Shown piece after piece: positions 8,104 through 16,434 of a stretch of 64,000 nt of DNA; within the stretch, counting starts at the first letter, position 1, and each line of letters begins with the position of its first letter. The position numbers and the translations under genes are program-made. Below the pieces are notes generated by a model that saw nothing but the letters and a program-made list of their open reading frames with translations, was not told the origin of the DNA and made no database searches. Source of the stretch: an uncultured Acidobacteriota bacterium (GTDB lineage: Bacteria; Acidobacteriota; Thermoanaerobaculia; UBA5066; Gp7-AA6); assembly GCA_963825175.1 (NCBI GenBank), contig CAWGSA010000001.1:1116706-1180705 (forward strand). Direction: 5' to 3'.

Positions 8104-8425
8104 ATGACCTGTCCTTCCCAATCGTGCACGTCGCCTACGCTCCGCTTCTGGATCTGCGCGCCTTGCGCGCACCGTCGGACGGCTCGCCCAAAGGAGCTCG
8201 ACCGTCCGCCTGATCCAGAGGCTCCGCTCCGGCTCCCGCAACGCGAGTCGTTTCGCGGCGTGCGTGCCGCGAAATTTGGTCGCGTTGCGAAGGCACGAGG
8301 ACCCAAAGACCAAAGACAAAAGCCAACGATCCGTGCACGTCGCCTACGCTCCGTCTTGGAATCTGCGCGCTTCGCGCGCACCGGCGTTCGGCTTGCCCAA
8401 AGGGTCGCGCCGCGACCGGGAGCTT
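8104..8425. repeat. two adjacent copies (one full, one truncated) of a REP/MITE-like structured repeat family
   Basis: The module GTGCACGTCGCCTACGCTCCG occurs at 8124 and 8333. Hairpin cores are at 8174-8210 (GTCGGACGG-CTCGCCCAAAGGAGCTCGA-CCGTCCGCC) and 8383-8417. The copy at 8104-8330 also carries the module GCTCCGGCTCCCGCAACGCGAGTCGTTTCGCGGCG...GCCGCGAAA, which is shared with copies at 9070, 29200 and 46400. Confidence 0.75.
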
Positions 8426-8656
8426 GGCGTGAAGAAAGAAAACCGTGCTCACGGGCTGATCGTGGCCGGCCGAGTCGGACACTTGGTTGCTGATCGCGGT
8501 TGGGGTCACCAGACAGTCAGGTTTGGAGGGGTGAGAATCCACGACAAGCGGACTTCCGGCGTGGTCGCCGACCACGGCGTCGCGTCGGTGCCGTAGGGGC
8601 GGCCCCTGCGGCCGCCCGTGTCGCGGCACACCCCGCCCTCCTCTATTCGTCGTCCG

Positions 8657-9004
8657 TCAGAGAGGACTCGTTACACGAAGCGAGAGAATCTCTCTTTCCT
8701 CCGTCACGAAATAGGCCGTGCGGCCTGGATCGACGAAGTGGACTTCGTCTGCGGTCGCCGCTTTCCACTCCTCGCAACGGCGGGCGGCGAGCAGAGCCGC
8801 GGCGTCGTCGAACCAGAGCTCGACCATGCCGTCGAAATCCGGCGCGGCCGCGTCTCCAGGCACGGAGATCGCGCGGCTCTGGACGAACTTCCGAAGACCG
8901 GGAATCCGTGCTCCGATCGGTCCGTGCTTGTTGAGCCAGTAGTCGGAGAACTCCTCCGGGCTCAGGCCCGGCTTGCGGGTGATGCAGTACACCAGTTTGA
9001 TCAA
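8657..9004 (-). CDS. EthD family (Dabb-fold) protein
   Basis: 115 aa. MIKLVYCITRKPGLSPEEFSDYWLNKHGP is a typical EthD N-terminus. Confidence 0.6.
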   Translation of the reverse strand: MIKLVYCITRKPGLSPEEFSDYWLNKHGPIGARIPGLRKFVQSRAISVPGDAAAPDFDGMVELWFDDAAALLAARRCEEWKAATADEVHFVDPGRTAYFVTEEREILSLRVTSPL

Positions 9005-9064
9005 GAAATCTCCTCCTCCCCTCTCAAGAGGAACATATTCGTAGCTTCCTCTACGGTTTCCTTT

Positions 9065-9200
9065 GTGCCCTTCGCGGCGCGACCAAGTTTCGCCGACTGG
9101 ATCGGCGAAACGACTCGCGTCGCGGGAGCCGGAGCGGAGCTCTCGGGATCAGGGCCGCGGCCGAGCCAAACGGGCGAGCCGCGGTCCGGTGCGCCCGCCA
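9065..9200. repeat. partial copy, reverse orientation, of the REP/MITE-like family
   Basis: CGGCGCGACCAAGTTTCGCCGACTGGATCGGCGAAACGACTCGCGTCGCGGGAGCCGGAGCGGAGC is nearly identical to 46428-46490, followed by a degenerate hairpin CCGAGCCAAACGGGCGAGCC. Confidence 0.65.
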
Positions 9201-9235
9201 GGGCACAGATCCGGAAGCGCAGCTCCGGCGACGTG

Positions 9236-10873
9236 CTAATCATAAATTCCGTCGGAGAACCAGGCGTCGCTCCGGCGATCCCGGTAGATGCGGTACAGGG
9301 CTCCGTCGGAGAGCTCCACGTCCCAATAGTCGCGTCGATCGGGGGAATCGGACCACCATTCCTCCTCCATGAACCAGGGACCGGCGGCGACTTTGACGGC
9401 GCCGGCAATGCGTGGGACCGCGTCGGGCGCGCGCGTCTTCAAGGACACGGGACGGGAAAAAGGAGACGGGGAGACGGGGAGACGGGGGGTCGGGGGGTCG
9501 GAAGGGGACGCGGGGACCTGAGGGCGGGGAGCTGAAGCCTGAGGACCCAGAGGGTCTGCCACGATCACCTCCAGCTCGACGGGCGGGCGCAGGACGCGCA
9601 CGGCGAGAAGGCCGTGGCCCGTCTTGCCCTGCGAGGGAAAGACGGGAGGTGGCGCGGGCTCGTAGCTCGCCAGCGCGAAACGCTCGGGCCGGTGGCCTTC
9701 GACGGCGCGCGGGGAGCCGATGCGGTCGGCGCCGAGCATCGCGGCCAGGCGTGCGATGGTTGTGGCCAGGCGGTCGGAGGAAAGCGCGGGCGGTCCGAAG
9801 AGGGCGAGCTGCGCGCGGCGGGGACGATCGGGATGCGCGGCGAAGGTGAAACCGGCGACGGGCGAGCCGGGAGGCCGCGCGTCGAGCTCCAGGCGCACGA
9901 GGGTCAGGAGCGTCTTGACGTCGCGCGTGGGAGCGGGAAGCCGGATGGCGCGCGCGTCGCAGCCGTCGGGATCGAGCTTCAACGTCACTTCCAGGCGCGT
10001 GCAGGCCAGGGCCTGCGACTCCAGCCGCCGCATCAGCCTCTCCAGGGCGGCATTGCCCACGAAGAGGAAGGGCTCGAGCGCGACGAGCGGCCACTCCAGA
10101 TCCATCCCTTCGGAGAAGGAGAGCGCCGGAAAGCGCGGCTCGAGCGGACGCGGATCGATGCCCCGGGCGGTCGCGTGGAGCGCCCGGCCGATCTCTCCCA
10201 GGCGGCTGGCGACCTCGCCTTCCGGAAGCCTGGCGAAATCGCCGATCGTGCCGAGTCCCCAGCGCGCGAGCGTCTCTGCGATCTCCAGGGCCGGCGCCAG
10301 GCGCGCGAGCGGAAGCGGCGCCAGAAAAGACGCCTCTTCTCCAGCGGGGACGACGGTCGGTGATCGCGCCAGGCTCGCGGCGACGCGGGCGGAGAGCTTG
10401 GAGCTGGCGATTCCGACGCGGGCCGGCAAGGAGTTTTTGTCGGCGCAAGCCCGAATCTCGCGGCCGAGACGGAGCTCGGCGTCGGGCTCGGACGGGGGGA
10501 CGGGGAGACGGGGGGACGGGGGGAGGAGCGCCGGGATTCCGTCCAGGTCGATGTAGACGATGCCCTCGCCGCCGTCCTCGACGCGCGGAGAGTAAGACTC
10601 GGCGATCTCGAGAAGCGCTTCCTGAGCCGAGCGCTCGCTCTCGCTATCGCGGGGGCGCGCGACGAGCTGGGGCAGGATGGCCCGCGACTGCGGGAGCGTC
10701 ATCCCGACCTCGATCCCGGCCTTGCGCGCCGGGCGCGTGGCGGCGACGACCCGGGCGGCGTTGCCGTTGCCCTCGCAGACGACGACCGCCTCCCCCTTCA
10801 GATCCGGTTCGCTCCTCAGCCGCGCGGCCAGCGGAAAGAGGGGAACGCAGAGACAGGCGAGGCGGGCCGGCAT
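9236..10873 (-). CDS. imuB: ImuB-like Y-family DNA polymerase (mutagenesis cassette protein)
   Basis: Start MPARLACLCVPLFPLAARL..., then EGNGNAARVVAA and GMTLPQSRAI (UmuC/ImuB N-terminal domain). ATG complement at 10871-10873, 1 nt after the imuA stop. Confidence 0.7.
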   Translation of the reverse strand: MPARLACLCVPLFPLAARLRSEPDLKGEAVVVCEGNGNAARVVAATRPARKAGIEVGMTLPQSRAILPQLVARPRDSESERSAQEALLEIAESYSPRVEDGGEGIVYIDLDGIPALLPPSPRLPVPPSEPDAELRLGREIRACADKNSLPARVGIASSKLSARVAASLARSPTVVPAGEEASFLAPLPLARLAPALEIAETLARWGLGTIGDFARLPEGEVASRLGEIGRALHATARGIDPRPLEPRFPALSFSEGMDLEWPLVALEPFLFVGNAALERLMRRLESQALACTRLEVTLKLDPDGCDARAIRLPAPTRDVKTLLTLVRLELDARPPGSPVAGFTFAAHPDRPRRAQLALFGPPALSSDRLATTIARLAAMLGADRIGSPRAVEGHRPERFALASYEPAPPPVFPSQGKTGHGLLAVRVLRPPVELEVIVADPLGPQASAPRPQVPASPSDPPTPRLPVSPSPFSRPVSLKTRAPDAVPRIAGAVKVAAGPWFMEEEWWSDSPDRRDYWDVELSDGALYRIYRDRRSDAWFSDGIYD

Positions 10874-10874
10874 C

Positions 10875-11765
10875 TCACGCACCGCGGGTGATCCGGGCGG
10901 ATGGCCCATCGGTCATCGGGTGATCGCAGCGTGATCGCAGCGTGATCGGGTGATCGAAAGAAGGCGCGCTCGCCGGGGGAGACGGAAAACACCCGAGCGT
11001 GAGTGGCGCGGATCGGCCGGAGGCCACGCGGCCGAGCTTCTCGAGTGTCAGGCGCGAGAAGAGACCGAAGAGAAGACGCGGCCCTCGTGTGCTCCCCCGC
11101 CAGACCGGACGCGCGGCGCCGGCGGCGACCACGGCGTCGGCGGCGATCCCGCTCATGCGGTAGGGGGTGAGAAGCAGGAGCGTCGATTCCTGGGCGGCAA
11201 CCGCCCGGGAGAGACGGACCCAGGCCGCGTCGGGCACGAATCGGCCGCCGCGCGGCGAGAGACCCATGTCGGCAACGACCAGGCGAAAGCCCGTCGACAG
11301 GAGCATCTCCGCCGCGGAGAGCGCTTCCTGGACCTTGCGGGGACGCACCCACAGCAGACGCGTCAGATCGACGCCGACAGACTCGGCCGCCTGGGGATCG
11401 AAAGCCCCTCCCAGGTCGACGAGCGCCGCGTCCTGGCCGCTTCCCGTCGCCGAGGCCAGGGCCGCGACCGCGATCGAAAAACGGCCGGCCGATCGCGCCC
11501 CCACGATCTCGACCAGCTTCGAGTCGGGAAGCCCGCCCAGAAGAGCGTCGAGGGGCGAGCGGGTCGGCAGCGCCGCCTGGGAGCACGCGGCCGCCGCCGG
11601 AAGGTCGCGAGCGCGCAGGAGCCGGGCGCCGGAGCCGGACAGCAGGGTCCCGTTCGGCTTTTTCGTGAAGCCGCGTCCGGCGAGAAATTGCTCCAGCGCG
11701 AGAGCTTGTGCAGTCGCCATTGAGGACAAGACCTCGATCCCCGCGTCGGGCAGGGAGATGCACAT
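10875..11765 (-). CDS. imuA: ImuA-like RecA/SulA-fold protein
   Basis: The pattern ...LVEIVGARSAGRFSIAVAALASATGSGQDAALVDLGGAFD matches ImuA/SulA-like proteins. Immediately upstream of and same orientation as imuB. The C-terminal 25 aa are encoded by a tandem repeat array, so the true stop is uncertain. Alternative start M16 at 11720. Confidence 0.6.
   Translation of the reverse strand: MCISLPDAGIEVLSSMATAQALALEQFLAGRGFTKKPNGTLLSGSGARLLRARDLPAAAACSQAALPTRSPLDALLGGLPDSKLVEIVGARSAGRFSIAVAALASATGSGQDAALVDLGGAFDPQAAESVGVDLTRLLWVRPRKVQEALSAAEMLLSTGFRLVVADMGLSPRGGRFVPDAAWVRLSRAVAAQESTLLLLTPYRMSGIAADAVVAAGAARPVWRGSTRGPRLLFGLFSRLTLEKLGRVASGRSAPLTLGCFPSPPASAPSFDHPITLRSRCDHPMTDGPSARITRGA
10899..10955. 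repeat. tandem array of GTGATCG(CAGC) motifs at the imuA 3' end
   Basis: CATCGGTCATCGGGTGATCGCAGCGTGATCGCAGCGTGATCGGGTGATCG. Same motif family as the array at 25447-25560. Confidence 0.65.
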
Positions 11766-11805
11766 TAGGCGTAATAAAAGCGTAAGTCAACGATGGCAAG
11801 CAGAT

Positions 11806-11820
11806 TTGACAAATAGTCAA
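11806..11820. promoter_or_regulatory. perfect palindrome TTGAC-AAATA-GTCAA in an AT-rich divergent promoter region; candidate SOS/LexA-type operator
   Basis: Read directly. Lies about 40 nt upstream of the imuA start in a 95-bp AT-rich island between divergent genes. Confidence 0.3.
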
Positions 11821-11855
11821 GCTAGCTTTACTTTTCAAGGTCCAGGAGTCATCGG

Positions 11856-12410
11856 ATGGAAGAGCATTCCGGAAAACTCGTCTCGCTCACGGCCACCGTG
11901 CACGTCGCCGCGCTCGTCGTGACCGGACTCGGTCTGCGCCTCGGCCTGGCCCAGGCGACTCTTCCCGCGACGGGAACCCAACACCTCGTGTACGGCCTGG
12001 CGGCCTTCGCCGCGGCAGCTCTCTTTCTCTGGACGCTGCTGCGGTTGGTCCAACTCGGTGAATGGGCCTGGTATCCCGCAGCGTCGCTCCTCCTTCTTCT
12101 TCTCTACACTGCCGCGAGATATCCGGCGCGGATGTCCGGCTGGGTCGCGCCGCTCGCCGCGATCTTCGTCGGCTCCGCGGGAGTTCTCCTGTGGCGATTT
12201 GCTCAAGCCGTCCGCCGCGCCGACGAGCTGCAGAAGCGGATTCTTCATCAAGCGTTCGCCGCGGGCTTCGTCGTCGAGCTCGCCGCCGTCCTGATCGCCT
12301 CGATCGCCAACGACGCCGGAGCACCTCGCCTTCATGCGATCTGGTGGGGCGTCACGCTGGTCGCGGCCTGGAGCGCGGCGCTCACGGTTTCCGCGGCTCG
12401 GTACGAATGA
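11856..12410 (+). CDS. hypothetical membrane protein (4-5 TM)
   Basis: 184-aa hydrophobic ORF with an AT-rich promoter upstream. Confidence 0.5.
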   Translation: MEEHSGKLVSLTATVHVAALVVTGLGLRLGLAQATLPATGTQHLVYGLAAFAAAALFLWTLLRLVQLGEWAWYPAASLLLLLLYTAARYPARMSGWVAPLAAIFVGSAGVLLWRFAQAVRRADELQKRILHQAFAAGFVVELAAVLIASIANDAGAPRLHAIWWGVTLVAAWSAALTVSAARYE

Positions 12411-12432
12411 CCGCGACGGCGCTCATTCCATC

Positions 12433-12639
12433 GTGACCAACCACCTGCGCGTCCTGCGCGCCGAACGCGGCTGGTCGCAGGCGGAGGCGGCCGGCAGGCT
12501 CCGCGTCTCGCGACAGACCGTCAACGCCATTGAAACCGGCCGCTACGATCCTTCCCTGCCGCTCGCCTTCGCCATCGCGCGGCTCTTCGGCAAGTTGATC
12601 GAGGAGATCTTCGAGCCGGACGCGCGCACCCGCGCCTGA
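12433..12639 (+). CDS. XRE family helix-turn-helix transcriptional regulator (about 68 aa)
   Basis: VTNHLRVLRAERGWSQAEAAGRLRVSRQTVNAIETGRYDPSLPLAFAIARLFG is a canonical Cro/C1 HTH. GTG at 12433 is the first in-frame start. Confidence 0.6.
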   Translation: MTNHLRVLRAERGWSQAEAAGRLRVSRQTVNAIETGRYDPSLPLAFAIARLFGKLIEEIFEPDARTRA

Positions 12640-12793
12640 CCTCGTCGGAACTTCGCCAGTTGCCGGACAGGACCCGACATCGGGAAAAGTTCCTCCGTCC
12701 GTGAGAGCTTTCATCCCGCGCCTCTCCCGCGCCGCGCTCGCGGGCAACGTCGCCGCCGTTTCCCATAGAGTACCGGGGCAAGAAATCCGTCTC

Positions 12794-14230
12794 ATGAGCG
12801 AATCGATCGAGCTGCCCCCGACCGACGCCCCGGCCGCGGCCCGTCCGCCGGCGTTCTGGCCGACGGTGCTCGAGGCGCTGCGCGGCTCGCGCCAGGACTT
12901 CACGCAAGGTCCCATCGGCCGGGCGGTGCTGCTGCTGGCCGTGCCGATGGTCCTGGAGATGGTTCTCGAGTCGGTCTTCGCCGTGGTCGACGTGTTCTGG
13001 GTGGCGCACCTGGGCGCCGACGCCATCGCCACGGTCGGAATCACCGAGTCGATGCTGGCGCTGCTCTACGCCATCGCCATCGGGCTGTCGATGGGGGCGA
13101 CGGCCACGGTGGCCCGCCGGATCGGCGAGAAGAATCCGGACGGGGCGGCGCGGGCGGCGGTGTCCTCGATCGCGCTCGGAATCTCGATCGCGGTGCCGAT
13201 CGGGATCGCCGGTTTCCTCCTCGCGCCGCGCCTCCTGGCGGTCATGGGCGGCTCGCCGGGGCTCGTCGCCACCGGCCACGGATTCACGCGCGTGATGCTG
13301 GGCTTCAACGTCGTGATCCTGCTCCTTTTCCTGATCAACGCGATTTTCCGGGGGGCGGGGGACGCGGCCATCGCCATGCGGGTGCTGTGGCTGGCCAATA
13401 TCATCAATCTGATCCTCGATCCGTGCCTGATCTTCGGCCTGGGACCGTTTCCGAGGCTCGGCGTCATGGGCGCGGCGGTGGCCACCACGTGCGGCCGCGG
13501 GACGGCGGTCGCGGTGCAACTGGTCATGCTCGCCCGCGGAAAAGGGCGCATCGCGATCCGCCGCGAGCACTTGAAGATCGAGGCGGCGGCCATGCTGCGC
13601 CTCTTGAAGATCTCCTTCAACGGAATCCTGCAAGCGGCGATCGGGACCGCGAGCTGGATCGGGCTGGTGCGGATCCTGTCGGCGTTCGGGAGCGCGGCGC
13701 TGGCCGGCTACACCATCGGCATTCGCGTCATCGTCTTCGCCATCCTGCCGTCCTGGGGGCTCTCCAACGCGGGGGCGACGCTGGTGGGCCAGAACCTCGG
13801 AGCGCGCCAGCCCGACCGCGCCGAACGTTCGGTCGTCATCGCCGGGCTCTACAACATGATCTTCCTTGGGACGATCGGCGCGTTCTTCGTCCTCTTCGCC
13901 GAGACGGTGGTCCGCCTCTTCACCGCCGATCCGGCCATCGTGCCCATCGGCGCGGCGTGCCTGCGCACGGTCAGCTACGGCTTCCTCTTCTACGCCTGGG
14001 GCATGGTGCTGACGCAGGCCTTCAACGGCGCGGGCGACACCTTGACCCCCACGATCATCAACCTCTTCTGCTTCTGGCTGTGGGAAATTCCCCTGGCGTA
14101 TGTCCTGTCGCGGCACACGAAGCTGGGACTGCGCGGCGTCTTCTTTGCCATCACCATCGCCTTCTCCACGCTGGCCGTCGTCTCGGCGGCCGCCTTCCGG
14201 CGGGGGCGGTGGAAGGCGAAGAAGGTCTAG
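12794..14230 (+). CDS. MATE family efflux transporter
   Basis: 12 TM segments and a typical MATE layout. ATG verified at 12794 (MSESIEL). Confidence 0.8.
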   Translation: MSESIELPPTDAPAAARPPAFWPTVLEALRGSRQDFTQGPIGRAVLLLAVPMVLEMVLESVFAVVDVFWVAHLGADAIATVGITESMLALLYAIAIGLSMGATATVARRIGEKNPDGAARAAVSSIALGISIAVPIGIAGFLLAPRLLAVMGGSPGLVATGHGFTRVMLGFNVVILLLFLINAIFRGAGDAAIAMRVLWLANIINLILDPCLIFGLGPFPRLGVMGAAVATTCGRGTAVAVQLVMLARGKGRIAIRREHLKIEAAAMLRLLKISFNGILQAAIGTASWIGLVRILSAFGSAALAGYTIGIRVIVFAILPSWGLSNAGATLVGQNLGARQPDRAERSVVIAGLYNMIFLGTIGAFFVLFAETVVRLFTADPAIVPIGAACLRTVSYGFLFYAWGMVLTQAFNGAGDTLTPTIINLFCFWLWEIPLAYVLSRHTKLGLRGVFFAITIAFSTLAVVSAAAFRRGRWKAKKV

Positions 14231-14270
14231 ATATTTGCGATTTGTGACTTGAGGTTTCGACTTGATAAGA

Positions 14271-14282
14271 ACGAACGTTCGT
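14271..14282. promoter_or_regulatory. palindrome ACGAAC-GTTCGT in an AT-rich region upstream of TetR; candidate TetR operator
   Basis: Read directly. About 30 nt upstream of the ATG at 14313. Confidence 0.35.
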
Positions 14283-14312
14283 GCTTTTATTGTGGCGGTG
14301 CCAAAGGCAGCG

Positions 14313-14942
14313 ATGGCCCGGAAAGGCCAGACCACCAAAACGGCCATCCTCGAGCATGCCGCGCGGCTGGCCCGGCGGGTTGGGCTGGAGGGGCTCTCGA
14401 TCGGCCGCCTGGCGCAGGACCTCCACCTTTCCAAGAGCGGTCTTTTCGCGCATTTCCGTTCCAAGGAGTCCCTGCAGATCCAGGTGCTGGACACCGCGGC
14501 CGGCCAGTTCGTGGCCACGGTCATCCGGCCGGCCCTCGCCCGCCCTCGCGGCGAGCCCCGCCTGGCGCGTCTCTTCGAAGCGTGGCTCGACTGGTCCCGG
14601 TCGCAGAAGACGCCCGGCGGCTGTCTCTTCGTCGCCGCCGCCGTCGAGCTCGACGACCGTCGCGGGCCGGTCCGACGACGGCTGGTGCGCCTGCAGCGCG
14701 AGTGGCTCGCCGTCATGGCCAACGTGGCCCGCACGGCAATCGACGAAGGGCATTTTCGCCGGGACGTCGACGCCGAACAGTTTGCCCATGACCTCTACGC
14801 CGTGATGCTCGGCTACCACCACGCCTCGCGGCTGCTGAAGGACCCGCGGGCGGAGTCACGGGCGACGGTCGCTTTCGAGCGTCTCCGCGACGCGGCGCGG
14901 ACGGCGATTCGGATTTCCTCGAGAAAGCGGGCGGCGGGATGA
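14313..14942 (+). CDS. TetR/AcrR family transcriptional regulator
   Basis: N-terminal HTH TAILEHAARLARRVGLEGLSIGRLAQDLHLSKSGLFAHF. Stop overlaps the next start (ATGA). Confidence 0.85.
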   Translation: MARKGQTTKTAILEHAARLARRVGLEGLSIGRLAQDLHLSKSGLFAHFRSKESLQIQVLDTAAGQFVATVIRPALARPRGEPRLARLFEAWLDWSRSQKTPGGCLFVAAAVELDDRRGPVRRRLVRLQREWLAVMANVARTAIDEGHFRRDVDAEQFAHDLYAVMLGYHHASRLLKDPRAESRATVAFERLRDAARTAIRISSRKRAAG

Positions 14943-15826
14943 AGACCGGCCGGCAACGCGAGGCGGCCGGCGGCGCGAGGATCTTCCTCGCCGGCGCGGG
15001 TCTGCGGGCCGCGGCGCGGGTGAGCCCCGATCTGGCGGCCCGGGCGGCCGGCGCGCTCTTCCGCCTGCCGCCGCGCCACAGGACGTCCGAGGCCGAGCGG
15101 CGGTTCCTCGCGACCGCGCGACGCCGCTTCCTCCAGACCGGCGCAGGGCGTGTGGCGGTCTGGTCGTGGGGCGAGGGACCGCCGATCCTCCTCGTGCACG
15201 GCTGGGGAAGCCGAGGCGTCCGGCTCTCCTCCTTCATCGCGCCGGTCATCGCCGCGGGCCGCCGCGCCGTGACGTTCGACGCCCCCGGCCACGGCGAATC
15301 CGACGGGCGGCTCTCTTCGCTCCCCCAGTTCGTGGAGGCGCTCGCTGCCGTGGCCGACGCGGCCGGCGGCCCGCGGGCGGTCATCGCGCACTCGATGGGA
15401 GGAGCGACAACGGCGCTCGCGATCCTCCGCGGACTGGCCGTGGAGCGGGCCGTGTTTCTCGCTCCGGCCGCCAACCCGGGAGCGTACTCGCGCCGGTTCG
15501 CGCAGGCGCTGGGACTCTCCGCCGACGTGCGCGACCGCATGGAGCGTCGCTTCGAGACGCGCTTCGGCTTTCGCTGGACGGACCTGGACGTGCCCAGCCG
15601 GGCCGCGGCGATGACCACGCCGCTCCTGGTTTTCCACGACGAGGAGGACCACGAGGTCCCGTGGAGCGACGGCCAGGCGATCACCCGGGCCTGGCCCGGC
15701 GCCCGGCTCGTCACGACGCGGGGCCTCGGACACACGCGGATCGTCCATGATCCGGAGGTCGTGGCGCGGGCCGCCGCGTTCGTCACCGAGCCCGCGGACG
15801 CAATGGCCGCCCGGCTCACAATTTAG
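14939..15826 (+). CDS. alpha/beta hydrolase fold protein
   Basis: HGWGSRG, AHSMGG (GxSxG nucleophile elbow) and the HT catalytic His region. Translationally coupled to TetR. Confidence 0.75.
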   Translation: MKTGRQREAAGGARIFLAGAGLRAAARVSPDLAARAAGALFRLPPRHRTSEAERRFLATARRRFLQTGAGRVAVWSWGEGPPILLVHGWGSRGVRLSSFIAPVIAAGRRAVTFDAPGHGESDGRLSSLPQFVEALAAVADAAGGPRAVIAHSMGGATTALAILRGLAVERAVFLAPAANPGAYSRRFAQALGLSADVRDRMERRFETRFGFRWTDLDVPSRAAAMTTPLLVFHDEEDHEVPWSDGQAITRAWPGARLVTTRGLGHTRIVHDPEVVARAAAFVTEPADAMAARLTI

Positions 15827-16434
15827 ATATTGTGAGAGCGGACCGGGCTCAGCAGGCCGATGGCTTTGCGCAGCGCCCGCCGCACCGATTCGTCGCCCCC
15901 TTCGGCCAGGGCCTCGACCGCGGTGAACCAGCGCGCGTCCCGCACCTCCGCCGCAGCCGGCGAAACGGCCTCCGCCGTGGTCGTCAGCAGGAAACGCACG
16001 TCGTGGTGCACGTGCCCGGGCTTGCCGCCGCGCGGCGGAACCGGATGGACGTCGACGTCGAGGATCCGGCCGCCGCTCGGGGCGTCGAACGCGGTCACGC
16101 CGGTTTCCTCGGCCGCCTCGCGCCGGGCCGCCTCGAACACCGACGCGTCCTCGGGCTCGACGTGACCGCCCGGCTGAAGCCAGCGGTCGAGCCGGCGGTG
16201 GTGGACCAGAAGGAACATCGATCCGTCCGACCGCGCCACGACCGCGCTCGCCGTGACGTGGTCGGGCACGTCGCGGGTGAAGGGATCGGGGGCCCGGGCC
16301 AGCAATTCGCGCAGCCGCTCGACGGATGCCGCCTCCGCAGCGTCGGAGGGAGCGTAGGAGAGGAGCTCCTCGAGAAGCGCCGACGGTTCGATCACTTCAA
16401 CACCTGAAACAGGTTGCTGTAGTCGTCGGTCCAC
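15823..16434 (-). CDS. NUDIX hydrolase
   Basis: Nudix box GGHVEPEDASVFEAARREAAEETG. Start uncertain because of overlap with the upstream gene end. Confidence 0.7.
   Translation of the reverse strand: MDRRLQQPVSGVEVIEPSALLEELLSYAPSDAAEAASVERLRELLARAPDPFTRDVPDHVTASAVVARSDGSMFLLVHHRRLDRWLQPGGHVEPEDASVFEAARREAAEETGVTAFDAPSGGRILDVDVHPVPPRGGKPGHVHHDVRFLLTTTAEAVSPAAAEVRDARWFTAVEALAEGGDESVRRALRKAIGLLSPVRSHNI

Noticed and set aside
8597-8620. Hairpin GGGCGGCC-cctgc-GGCCGCCC as terminator of the EthD gene
   Set aside because: It lies beyond the 3' end of the gene, but there is no T or A tract on either side. I have low confidence that it functions as an intrinsic terminator.
8135-8629. ORFs crossing the REP-like elements
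   Set aside because: The ORFs 8135..8629, 46181..47098, 28997..29509 and 58053..58490 are read through palindromic repeats and give repeat-derived peptides such as ...APAFGSPKGARPNA.
12521-14734. 737-aa minus-strand ORF
   Set aside because: Antisense to the MATE transporter and TetR genes. Low-complexity RD/RG-rich translation.
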